Below are positions 45,737 to 54,184 of a DNA stretch of 64,000 bases, piece by piece. The notes beneath the pieces were generated by a model. That model saw only the letters and a program-made list of their open reading frames with translations, was not told the DNA's origin and ran no database searches. Within the stretch, counting starts at the first letter, position 1. Each line of letters starts with the position of its first letter. The translations under genes and the position numbers were made by a program. The DNA lies in IMG/VR virus record IMGVR_UViG_3300028920_000022, positions 1-64,000 of that record; one strand, written 5' to 3'.

Positions 45737-45966
45737 TTGATTATTTCCTGAATTATAAAATCTCGGCAGCTTATATATTCAGGGTTGTAAATGTTTTGAC
45801 GATGAAATTCTGATATACTACATTTGCCATTGAAATCATAAATTATAATACCACATTCTTCGCATTTGTAGTATTTGGCATCGTGGTTCGGTATGAATCC
45901 ATAATTACGTAACTTTTGTACCTCTCCTTTCCTCATTTCTTTGAATTTGTGCGTCCCTATCTTCAT
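45733..45966 (-). CDS. ZnF-IIE family protein
   Basis: MKIGTH..CEECG..SCRDFIIQEIIK. Confidence 0.82.
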   Translation of the reverse strand: MKIGTHKFKEMRKGEVQKLRNYGFIPNHDAKYYKCEECGIIIYDFNGKCSISEFHRQNIYNPEYISCRDFIIQEIIK

Positions 45967-46205
45967 TCGATTATCTCCCGGATTATTAATTCATTGCAGT
46001 TAATGTCCTCCGCTTTGTACCTGCCACCATCGTGAAAAGCAAATTCGTGATACCCAGATACAACTAATCTCCCAGTATCTGGTTTCTCAAATGCCACCAA
46101 TCCACATTCCTCACATTTGTAATAATCCATTTTCTCCGGTGTAAACCTGTAAGACTGTAAACCATCCCTCTCCTCAATACTTAATTTCCGAAACCTGTGA
46201 TTCAC
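45963..46205 (-). CDS. ZnF-IIE family protein
   Basis: NHRF..CEECG..NCNELIIREIIE. Confidence 0.82.
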   Translation of the reverse strand: MNHRFRKLSIEERDGLQSYRFTPEKMDYYKCEECGLVAFEKPDTGRLVVSGYHEFAFHDGGRYKAEDINCNELIIREIIE

Positions 46206-46405
46206 TTGATTATCCCCATTATTATCACATCCTCACAGCTTATCTCCTCAGGATATGTCGGTAATTCCTGATAATTGTAATTCCTTATCGATATCAACCT
46301 ACTCTTGTTCCAAAATACCCACAATCCACATTCGCTACATTGATAATACCTGTCCTCTTTCGGAAATAATCTGTGAGTCCCAGCTTTCTTCAAAATTGTG
46401 CCCAC
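46202..46405 (-). CDS. ZnF-IIE family protein
   Basis: AGTH..CSECG..SCEDVIIMGIIK. Confidence 0.8.
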   Translation of the reverse strand: MGTILKKAGTHRLFPKEDRYYQCSECGLWVFWNKSRLISIRNYNYQELPTYPEEISCEDVIIMGIIK

Positions 46406-46478
46406 ACCCTTTCTAATCCTTTTCCTAACAGCTTTTCTTTTCTTAACCCGCCCCTTGCCCTAAATATATAAAACGCCT

Positions 46479-46718
46479 TTAAATTAAAATTTCCCTTATT
46501 ATAAAATCGTCGCAACTTATGTCAGACGCTAGGATGGGAAGTGTGTCGCAAACATAGTTCGCCGCTGAAATGTGGTATTCCCCCTCATACAATACTTCGT
46601 ATATTATGAGTCCACAATTCTTACATTGATGATAATTGTTTCCCTTTAAATGTCTGTACCTTTCTCCTAATTCTTCTAAATCCATTCTCCTACATTCATG
46701 CGTTCCAATCTTCTTCAC
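46479..46718 (-). CDS. ZnF-IIE family protein
   Basis: GTG start; IGTH..CKNCG..SCDDFIIREILI. Confidence 0.8.
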   Translation of the reverse strand: MKKIGTHECRRMDLEELGERYRHLKGNNYHQCKNCGLIIYEVLYEGEYHISAANYVCDTLPILASDISCDDFIIREILI

Positions 46719-46918
46719 TTGATTATTTCCCGTATTATCCATTCATTACAACTGATTTGCTCTATCGGTATCTGCCCTATTCCTTTTTGGTTCTCAAGTG
46801 AGGTAAGATATTCTTTCCCGTATTTGAAAAGTATTAATCCGCATTCTTTGCACCTGTAATATTTGTAACAATCATCCCCCGTTGTTATTTCGGTCAAATT
46901 GTGCCCGTTTATCTTCAT
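46715..46918 (-). CDS. ZnF-IIE family protein
   Basis: NGH..CKECG..SCNEWIIREIIK. Confidence 0.82.
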   Translation of the reverse strand: MKINGHNLTEITTGDDCYKYYRCKECGLILFKYGKEYLTSLENQKGIGQIPIEQISCNEWIIREIIK

Positions 46919-47163
46919 TTAATTATCTCCCTTATAATTATCTCCTCACAACTCATATCCTTAACCTCGTACCATCTGATTTCGTTTAATTCGGAAATTC
47001 CCCAATTTTTGCTTTTCTTGCTTTTGTATATTATTATCCCACATTCCTTACACCTGTAATAATACTTGGTTAAATCATGTACACCAAATCCATGCGCTTT
47101 ACATATCTCCACTAACTCTTTGTTCCTTATTAATTTGCACTTTTCGTGTGTCCCTATCCTCAT
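46915..47163 (-). CDS. ZnF-IIE family protein
   Basis: MRIGTH..CKECG..SCEEIIIREIIK. Confidence 0.82.
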   Translation of the reverse strand: MRIGTHEKCKLIRNKELVEICKAHGFGVHDLTKYYYRCKECGIIIYKSKKSKNWGISELNEIRWYEVKDMSCEEIIIREIIK

Positions 47164-47405
47164 TTTATTATTCCCATCACTATCCAATCGTTACATGTTA
47201 TCCCCTCAGGTCTTCTATAAGTAAATTCGTGATTGCCATTTAAATCTGAAATGTAATATTGTAGCACTCCCTCTAATAAAATAATTCCACAAATAGTACA
47301 TTTATAATAACGCTCGCCTTCTGGTACTCCGCTAAATCCTAAACTTTTTGCCAATGCATCTACATCTTGTACTGGCTTTAATTCGTGCGTACCAAGTTTC
47401 TTCAT
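47160..47405 (-). CDS. ZnF-IIE family protein
   Basis: LGTH..CTICG..TCNDWIVMGIIK. Confidence 0.82.
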   Translation of the reverse strand: MKKLGTHELKPVQDVDALAKSLGFSGVPEGERYYKCTICGIILLEGVLQYYISDLNGNHEFTYRRPEGITCNDWIVMGIIK

Positions 47406-47638
47406 TTAATAATCTCCAGGATTATAAACTCATTGCAGCTTATATTCTTCGCAAAATTATACTTTGTTACCCCAGATATCATGAACTCGCCTTCCTTAGT
47501 CTCAAATGCTATCATCCCACATTCTGCGCATCGGTAATATTTGAATGTTCTGTCCATCCATATGTATCCGTTATCCTTTAAATAATCGAACTCTGCCCCG
47601 CTTATCCCCTCCAAATTGTGCGTTCCCACCGCTTTCAC
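47402..47638 (-). CDS. ZnF-IIE family protein
   Basis: VGTH..CAECG..SCNEFIILEIIK. Confidence 0.82.
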   Translation of the reverse strand: MKAVGTHNLEGISGAEFDYLKDNGYIWMDRTFKYYRCAECGMIAFETKEGEFMISGVTKYNFAKNISCNEFIILEIIK

Positions 47639-47859
47639 TCTATTATCTCCCGTATGATTATCTCTTCACAACTTATCTCTTCAGGTCTTTTAGGTAAATC
47701 TCTCCCGTTTAATTCGGAAATAACCATCCTCCCTAATCCGTCACTCTCGTCATATACCAATAATCCGCATTCGCTACACCTGTAATAATAATCCTCAAAT
47801 ACTACTCCGTTATAAAACTCCCTGTCCTCGTCAGTTAATTCCTTGAATCTGTGATTCAT
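47635..47859 (-). CDS. ZnF-IIE family protein
   Basis: NHRF..CSECG..SCEEIIIREIIE. Confidence 0.82.
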   Translation of the reverse strand: MNHRFKELTDEDREFYNGVVFEDYYYRCSECGLLVYDESDGLGRMVISELNGRDLPKRPEEISCEEIIIREIIE

Positions 47860-48122
47860 TCGATTATCTCTCTTATTACTAATTCGTTGTATTTTATTGC
47901 GTATTCATCACAAGTTATTACTTCAGAACTCTTGCCAATAAATACCACACTTAATCCGCTCATCCATGATATTAGAAATTCACCGTATTCTTCGTATACT
48001 ACTAATCCACATTCCTTACATTTATAATAATTTTCCAATATCTCCGGATTACAGAAACCTAAAGCTTGTGTTTGTAATTCCTTTACCTCATCCTCCTCCA
48101 TCTTTTCGAAATTGTGCCTCAT
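47856..48122 (-). CDS. ZnF-IIE family protein
   Basis: RHNF..CKECG..TC..LVIREIIE. Confidence 0.82.
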   Translation of the reverse strand: MRHNFEKMEEDEVKELQTQALGFCNPEILENYYKCKECGLVVYEEYGEFLISWMSGLSVVFIGKSSEVITCDEYAIKYNELVIREIIE

Positions 48123-48319
48123 TCGATTATTCCCCGTATTATCCATTCGTTACAACTTATTAAAGATGGATCTTTTCCAAGATATTCAAGGCTGTTATTA
48201 AAATGGGACATTAACATTTTATCGTCCTCTAAATATAATACCATCCCACATTCTTCGCATTTGTAATGGTATTGTGATAATTCAGCGATTTTCTTCATCC
48301 TGTGCGTCCCTATCTTCAT
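48119..48319 (-). CDS. ZnF-IIE family protein
   Basis: MKIGTH..CEECG..SCNEWIIRGIIE. Confidence 0.82.
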   Translation of the reverse strand: MKIGTHRMKKIAELSQYHYKCEECGMVLYLEDDKMLMSHFNNSLEYLGKDPSLISCNEWIIRGIIE

Positions 48320-48348
48320 CGGAAAAACCTACATCCCGTTTTATATAT

Positions 48349-48573
48349 TTACACTATTATCTCACCTATGATAAAATCATCGCAACTTATCTTCAAAGGA
48401 TTTTGTGGGTATGAACCGTTGATACGCGAAACTACAAACTCTTCGCTAAGATAGTATAAAATTATCCCACATGTGCTGCATTTGTAATATGTCCAATTTG
48501 TTTTGGGACATTGTGGGTGGTATGGATCTTTTATTTCTATTAATTCGTGCGTCCCTACCTCGATTACTTGCAT
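48349..48573 (-). CDS. ZnF-IIE family protein (first gene of array)
   Basis: VGTH..CSTCG..SCDDFIIGEIIV. Confidence 0.8.
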   Translation of the reverse strand: MQVIEVGTHELIEIKDPYHPQCPKTNWTYYKCSTCGIILYYLSEEFVVSRINGSYPQNPLKISCDDFIIGEIIV

Positions 48574-48889
48574 ATTCAACCCCGTTCTCGAATTTTAAAA
48601 GCTTGAAACGTAGTTTCTTTTTTATTTTTTCTTATCGTAATCCAATATTTTAAAACATTTTTGGGCATCTAAGTGCTCGAAATTAAAGGACTTTTTCACT
48701 TGGCTATGAGAGCTTATCACAGTTTGTAGGAAAAAACAAGGGGTTTTGTGAAGGGGGATTATTATAAGTTTGTAGAGAGATTGGTTTTAAATAATTGTAC
48801 AGGGTTTTTGCTTCGGTTATTCCCCAAGGTTTCAGGTTTCCCCAGTTTCTACGGCTTCTTCAGCTCTGGTTTCTACGGTTTACTCCAGT

Positions 48890-49046
48890 TTCTTTTTCGG
48901 TTGCCGCCGTTTCGGTTGCCATATTTCGATTGCCCCCGTTTCGGTTTCTTATTCGTTTTCGGTTTCTTATTCGGTTTCGGTTGCCATATTTCGGTTTTCT
49001 TATTCGGTTTCGGTTGCTTATTCGGTTGCTACATATTCGTTTGCCA
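48890..49046. repeat. iteron-like short tandem repeats (TTCGGTT core)
   Basis: about 10 exact TTCGGTT copies plus 3 variants, as TTTCGGTTGCC / TTCGGTTTCTTA units. Confidence 0.8.
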
Positions 49047-49511
49047 TAACACAGGTGGAGGGGGCGCCCGCCAGGGCGCGGCTGTCAACCCTTTATTGCG
49101 ATTCCAATATCCCCACAAACTATCCCACTTTCCACCCAAACTCTATTACCTTTCCATTCACTCTTTAATTCTTTTCCCCACTTTCTATTCTTACTGTTTT
49201 CTTTTTCTTCTCTCATCGAATATTCTTAAACCTTCGTTATTATTAGTTAAAACAAAACACTTTCAAAACTTAAATGTTTTCCAATACTTATAACTTGTTA
49301 CAGAAAAAAACGAATGATTCTCGACAATTATCTGGCAACACCAAACAACTATTGACAACCTTAAACCCCTCATGCTTTATTATCCGCTTTCTTATTCCTG
49401 CCATAGCTAACCCCGTGGAATCATTGAGGAATGTAAAAGAAGGAATAAGGAAGTTGACATAGTAGGAGGGATTGGGGTAAGGTTTGAGTCAATCGAACGG
49501 AGGCAAAGACA

Positions 49512-49829
49512 ATGGTTGTCAGTTTTGCAACGAAGGGTGGAGGCTCACAGCGAGCGCGGCGCCGGAGGCGAGCGGAGCGGAAAACCAGGCGGTATCCTCA
49601 GATTGAGGCACGAATGGCGCGGAACAATCGTCCGAGCCGGAAGCCAGAGAAGCAGCGGGAAAAGCCGGTCAATCTGACAGGACCGTGGACGATTCGGGAG
49701 GCGCGGGTGGCATTGCGTCGGCATGCAGAGTCGGGGCTGAGTCAACGTGCGTTTGCGGAAGCGGAAGGGTTCCCGGTGGGAAGGTTGTCAACGTGGCGGA
49801 AGCGATTGGAGGTTGACAGAGCCAGCTAA
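49512..49829 (+). CDS. HTH protein, IS66 TnpA-like, basic N-terminus
   Basis: WT..EAR..L....SGLSQRAFA...G....RLSTWRKRL; GGAGG SD. Confidence 0.65.
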   Translation: MVVSFATKGGGSQRARRRRRAERKTRRYPQIEARMARNNRPSRKPEKQREKPVNLTGPWTIREARVALRRHAESGLSQRAFAEAEGFPVGRLSTWRKRLEVDRAS

Positions 49830-50306
49830 TTGTGCGAATATAGGCTTAGTCAGTCAGCGAGAAAAGAGTTACGACCATGTGGGATCTTTGGGTAGAATAT
49901 GGCGGGCTGGTATCATTCTTAGTCCTTGTCAACGGTTGGATTCTTTTCATTGCGCGGATGATTAGGCGCCTTGAAAAGGCAGACATTCAAGAGGGTAATT
50001 CCTCCACTTGTTACTGTCATAGTTTGCCTTTTTATGTTTTCTTCCGTTGACAGAGCCGGTTAATTCTGGCATAAAGGGAACATCCTTAAAACATAACTTT
50101 TCCGGGTTCAATCCCTGAACGCCCCAAACAGTTCGGCTGCTGGGGCTTTTGGGGTAGGAATAGTTTCTCTCTCTTGAAAGGATCATCAGGAGTCCACGGA
50201 AAGACAATCGGAATTGGACTTTCGATTGAGAGGTTCCCGCAGGCGCAACGCGGGGATTGATTAATTCCGCCTGATGGTTCTTTCAAGGCAGAGGAAGGCA
50301 ATTCCA

Positions 50307-50735
50307 ATGTATAGAATTCCGATCTATGAATGCCAGTTGGTTCAATGTGGTGAGCAAGTTCACAGCGTGGATCGGGTGGATTGTTTCGAGCAAGCGACCC
50401 GAATCATTCACGGGATGACCAAACATTCCCCTTGTGAACGGATCATTGTGGTCTATCTGAACGGTGCCAACGGGCTCATGGGAGCGGAGCAGGTTTCTCA
50501 GGGTGGGCTGCATGGGTGTGCCATTATGCCGCGGGATGTAGTCCGTGGCGCCCTGGTGGCAAACGCTAGTGCGATCGTTATCGGACACAATCATCCTTCT
50601 GGTGATCCGACTCCCAGCGTGGAGGATATTCGGATGACCGAAGAGTTGGCGAAAGTCTGCGATATGATTGGGGTTCCGCTGCTGGACCATGTGATTGTCA
50701 CCCGGGACGGCAAGTCGCGGTCAATATTGTCTTGA
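50307..50735 (+). CDS. RadC-like JAB-domain protein
   Basis: E..., PRDV, HNHPSGDPTPSVED, LLDHVIV. Confidence 0.9.
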   Translation: MYRIPIYECQLVQCGEQVHSVDRVDCFEQATRIIHGMTKHSPCERIIVVYLNGANGLMGAEQVSQGGLHGCAIMPRDVVRGALVANASAIVIGHNHPSGDPTPSVEDIRMTEELAKVCDMIGVPLLDHVIVTRDGKSRSILS

Positions 50736-50814
50736 CATAACTTTTTGGCTGTGGTATTCTCGCGTTGCTTTCGACGCATACAGCGGCGAAGCAACGCGAG
50801 AAAGGTTGATTAGA

Positions 50815-51060
50815 ATGTTTGCAATTCACCTATGCGCGTCCAACGATCTGAACGGCAATGCTCGGCGATGTTTCCTGGTTTTCGATCGGGAGGTTCCGGT
50901 TGCCTGCGTTGACGAGGGTTGTGCTGGCAGAGGCGCCCTGAAACGAGCGGGATTCGAGGATTGTCCGGTCCAAGCCAGTTTCCAGGTTCCGCCGGCAGAA
51001 TATCGCAGCTGTCTCAAGTTTTACCCCAACCGGAAGGTTGACATTCGTTCGATAGTGTGA
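50815..51060 (+). CDS. hypothetical protein
   Basis: start MFAIHL; NDLNGNARR..VDEG motif. Confidence 0.7.
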   Translation: MFAIHLCASNDLNGNARRCFLVFDREVPVACVDEGCAGRGALKRAGFEDCPVQASFQVPPAEYRSCLKFYPNRKVDIRSIV

Positions 51061-51078
51061 GAGAATCTGGAACATATC

Positions 51079-51363
51079 ATGCCACGCGAATATTACTTTG
51101 AGGGGTTGGAACCTAGCGGCACCCTTGCAGATCACTGTTATGGCAGGCGTATCTACATACACCGAAACGGGCTGATTCCAGAGACAGTGAAAAAGGTGCT
51201 AGACTTCGTCTCAGTGTGGGGAGGGTGGGACAAGAATATTGACGGTTGGTTGGGGTGGGAATTACCCATTAACCGGGCGGAAGCAGAAAACGCTTTCTTT
51301 CTGGCACGGAAAGTATTAGAACACGAAAGGTTCCGCCGGCTATCGAATCGACCTTGGAAGTAA
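51079..51363 (+). CDS. hypothetical protein
   Basis: follows a promoter. Confidence 0.65.
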   Translation: MPREYYFEGLEPSGTLADHCYGRRIYIHRNGLIPETVKKVLDFVSVWGGWDKNIDGWLGWELPINRAEAENAFFLARKVLEHERFRRLSNRPWK

Positions 51364-51400
51364 CATTGACATTCGCCTTTTGGTGTGAGATAATCTGACC

Positions 51401-51574
51401 ATGAAGCACTATCAATCTGGTATCGAGTGGAGAACCGGTGCAGTCAACCAATTACAGCACCGCGGTAACAAGTGGTTTCTGATCACTTGTCAAAACGGGA
51501 ACACGAACGAAACTCCCGTGTCCAAGAAGATAGCGAAGTCTCTCCTGGCGGGAGGCATGAGCTACGGGTCATGA
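51401..51574 (+). CDS. 57-aa hypothetical protein (leaderless)
   Basis: ATG 6 nt after GATAAT; MKHYQSGIEW..GMSYGS. Confidence 0.6.
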   Translation: MKHYQSGIEWRTGAVNQLQHRGNKWFLITCQNGNTNETPVSKKIAKSLLAGGMSYGS

Positions 51575-51638
51575 CAGACTTTCGGCACGGGTTTTTGGTG
51601 GGGGCAACGTTAGCATTCCTACTGATGGGGATCATGTT

Positions 51639-51824
51639 GTGAAAGACTTCGGGTTAGTGGAGCTGGAGGAGAGGTTTCCGGCGGCATATGGGGCGTTGTC
51701 GGAACCGTACCGAAACGATTCCTGTTTGGTGTTTTTCGTTGACATAAACGGGAATCTATGTGCGGAGCTGGACATAGGGGGAGAATATCTCTGGACGGGG
51801 GAAAAGTGGGTTACAATCGGGTAA
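51639..51824 (+). CDS. hypothetical protein
   Basis: ORF. Confidence 0.55.
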   Translation: MKDFGLVELEERFPAAYGALSEPYRNDSCLVFFVDINGNLCAELDIGGEYLWTGEKWVTIG

Positions 51825-51844
51825 AAGCCTGATAGGGTAAAGCT

Positions 51845-52240
51845 ATGAAAAAGATTATTGACGGAATGGCTCGCGCCATGTACGTATGCTGGTGGGCGGA
51901 CCGGGAGGAAGAGAGGGGACGCAGCCACGGAGGGGAGGAGTTAACCGAGGTTGCTCCTGCAACGAACCGGCACGCCAAGGATCGAGCGTGGCTATTGTGC
52001 GGGATGTTCGAGCAACTGAACGGATTGAGCATCATGTCCCTTTTCGTGCGAGCCATGATTGCTGATGGCATCCTGCCGAGTTGGGAGTATACGGACGACC
52101 AGTTTCGGGAGGCATACGAGCGATATTCGGGGGAATTCGGGCATTACTTGGCAATGAGGGCAACCGGCACGGGGTGTGCGTGGGAGGACGATCACGCCAA
52201 GTTTGAGATTGAGTACCCGAATTACGAATATTACGCTTGA
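51845..52240 (+). CDS. hypothetical protein
   Basis: FGHYLAM...G.G..W.D motif; stop lies in TTGACA. Confidence 0.7.
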   Translation: MKKIIDGMARAMYVCWWADREEERGRSHGGEELTEVAPATNRHAKDRAWLLCGMFEQLNGLSIMSLFVRAMIADGILPSWEYTDDQFREAYERYSGEFGHYLAMRATGTGCAWEDDHAKFEIEYPNYEYYA

Positions 52241-52524
52241 CACGTGTTTCTAAACGTGCGAACATGGGTTTCATCAAAAGGAGAGAATAAGACTTATCAA
52301 GAAAAACCGCCAGGGTAGCTCCTCCGACGTTCAAGGTTTAGCTAACTTTTGGGCGACTTAAACTGGCAATCTCAGGAAAGCACCTGGGGAGCCTAGATAA
52401 AAGGACCAGAGAATAATGGTTTAGGGTTTTCTGGTGGCGGTTTTACTTGGTTAAAAAAGGGTTTTACAATGTCAGACTGGGAAAAAGGTTGACAGTCCCT
52501 CTTAATTGAGGTAAAAAGGGAACA

Positions 52525-52782
52525 ATGAACAAGCGGCAGTGGACACACTACTTCAAGGTACAGGGGCACGGACGTTTTCCCTACGATATGCTTCGGTATG
52601 ATCGGTGTTATCCGGCATACGAAGATGAATCATACAAGCTGGACACCACGGATATGCCCATAGCCAAGTATCTGGAGGATCGGGTGGTAGAATTGGTGCA
52701 TGTGGGCTCGCCGGACTGGCGCCCCATGAAAGCCCGTTGGACTTCGTTCGGCTGGCATGTGGTAGAAACCAGAAAAGCTTGA
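52525..52782 (+). CDS. conserved phage hypothetical protein
   Basis: F.V.G.G.FP.DMLRYD.C.P..RW.SFGW. Confidence 0.75.
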   Translation: MNKRQWTHYFKVQGHGRFPYDMLRYDRCYPAYEDESYKLDTTDMPIAKYLEDRVVELVHVGSPDWRPMKARWTSFGWHVVETRKA

Positions 52783-52813
52783 CAATCGGTTCTAAAAGAG
52801 GTAAAAGGGAACA

Positions 52814-53002
52814 ATGAAGCACACGGACAGAAAGAGTCGAGCGGACACAATCCCGGTTATCTGTGACAAGTGCGGAGCGGAAGCCAGAGGATTCCCGGGG
52901 ATGAGTCACCGAAGGTGTTCCGGGCAGGGAGACCAGGGACCGCGGGAAAAGCGAGCTGAGCGGCTGGCGCCCAAGAATCGAGGAGTCTGGCGAGCCGGCT
53001 GA
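52814..53002 (+). CDS. small zinc-binding protein
   Basis: CDKCG..H..C; own promoter. Confidence 0.65.
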   Translation: MKHTDRKSRADTIPVICDKCGAEARGFPGMSHRRCSGQGDQGPREKRAERLAPKNRGVWRAG

Positions 53003-53268
53003 GAGGACTAATCAACCAAAAACCGCCAAAGAGCAGAAAGAGGTTGTTTATAGGATAGAATAAGAGTAAACTCGGGGCGTGAGGGATCAAACGGGATCAA
53101 ACGGGTCTCTCACGCCTCGAATAGGGCACAGCAGAATAGTTTAGGCAGCGCGGCAACATAACCCTCACCGCCCCTGATTCCTTCTGTGCCGTATTCGGGG
53201 AGCCGCCCGAGCCCTATCGCGCCAGGGGTAATACTGGCGCTTAGATTAAACCCAGAGTAATTCTGAGG

Positions 53269-53538
53269 ATGACTACCGACAAGCAAAACGTTCTTTTTCG
53301 GAATATTCAGAAAAGACTGAATACGCTCGATGAAGCAAAACAGGATGATGACACAATCATTGTCTCGTTTTATTCGGATCAAAACCATCAAAAACTGGTT
53401 CTGACCCTATGGATTCGCAACCATACCGCCACGGTAGCCACTTCGGTTGCGGCGCCGGTTCACGGCTGGAAACAGCATGCAGCGGCTTGGCAACGGGCGG
53501 AAGAATTGGTATACTACCACAACCTAACGGATGGTTGA
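53269..53538 (+). CDS. hypothetical protein
   Basis: ORF. Confidence 0.55.
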   Translation: MTTDKQNVLFRNIQKRLNTLDEAKQDDDTIIVSFYSDQNHQKLVLTLWIRNHTATVATSVAAPVHGWKQHAAAWQRAEELVYYHNLTDG

Positions 53539-53588
53539 TTCCGGTAAAAAAGGCTTGACAATTTTTTCAATTGATGTAGGATACTGTC

Positions 53589-53813
53589 ATGAAACTTCAA
53601 GAAGTCGTGGACGCATTCACTCGCGGGGAAGTTGGTTCTGGAAACAACGTAATGTCGACTGGGGATAGGGTATATTCCTATCAGATGTTGATTGCGCAGC
53701 GGATTGATGGGAAGGTTCGCGTGGTGAATCCGAAGTGCAGTCCAAGCCGGACGACCAGCAAACACATCAATGCGGTTCTGCGGGCGTGTCCGGGTGCAGG
53801 GGTGGGCATCTGA
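53589..53813 (+). CDS. conserved phage hypothetical protein
   Basis: VYSY..LIA..S.TTSKH; own promoter. Confidence 0.7.
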   Translation: MKLQEVVDAFTRGEVGSGNNVMSTGDRVYSYQMLIAQRIDGKVRVVNPKCSPSRTTSKHINAVLRACPGAGVGI

Positions 53814-53883
53814 AGGTAAACAATGGCAATCAAGTACACAACCACAGTTGACGTTCAGTCAGCATCGATGAAAGGGTAGCAAC

Positions 53884-54120
53884 ATGGCAAAAACGAGAAA
53901 GAAGATGCCGCAAGATGCGGTCTTGTTCAAGTCTGAGAGCGTGTGCGCCGGCGGGACGATCATTGGCCCAGTATGGGTTCGGCGGAAAGGCAAGATTAGC
54001 AACTACAAGGACAGCGACCTACTGATCAGCGGGACCAAGAAGTTCTACCCGGAGTGGTTCACGCTGGGTGAGGCTCGTCGCCTCGCCAAGGTTTTGGATC
54101 TTGAATTCGAGGATGCCTGA
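53884..54120 (+). CDS. hypothetical protein
   Basis: ORF with SD. Confidence 0.6.
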   Translation: MAKTRKKMPQDAVLFKSESVCAGGTIIGPVWVRRKGKISNYKDSDLLISGTKKFYPEWFTLGEARRLAKVLDLEFEDA

Positions 54121-54184
54121 CTGGCAAGGACCGGCGAAAACGGATAATAAAGAGGTCGCTTTTACTTCGGTAGAAAAGAAGACA

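Noticed and set aside
40618-48146. N-terminal extensions such as MDNTGNNR/MDNSRNNQ in the ORF track as a conserved leader
   Set aside because: They are the alternative-frame reading of the upstream gene's WIIREIIE codons; true starts are the ATGA-overlap ATGs.
34017-48579. CRISPR array from the recurring ~25-nt junction sequence
   Set aside because: Repeats are degenerate at synonymous positions and separated by 200-300-bp intact ORFs; no cas genes.
27487-48579. Diversity-generating retroelement as the source of variation
   Set aside because: No reverse transcriptase or TR/VR pair seen; variation is not adenine-specific and includes indels.
48748-49293. 181-aa and 84-aa Phe-rich ORFs
   Set aside because: Translation of the TTCGGTT repeats and pyrimidine tract; no SD, low complexity.
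49512-50300. Intact IS66 element
   Set aside because: No TnpB/TnpC transposase or terminal inverted repeats.
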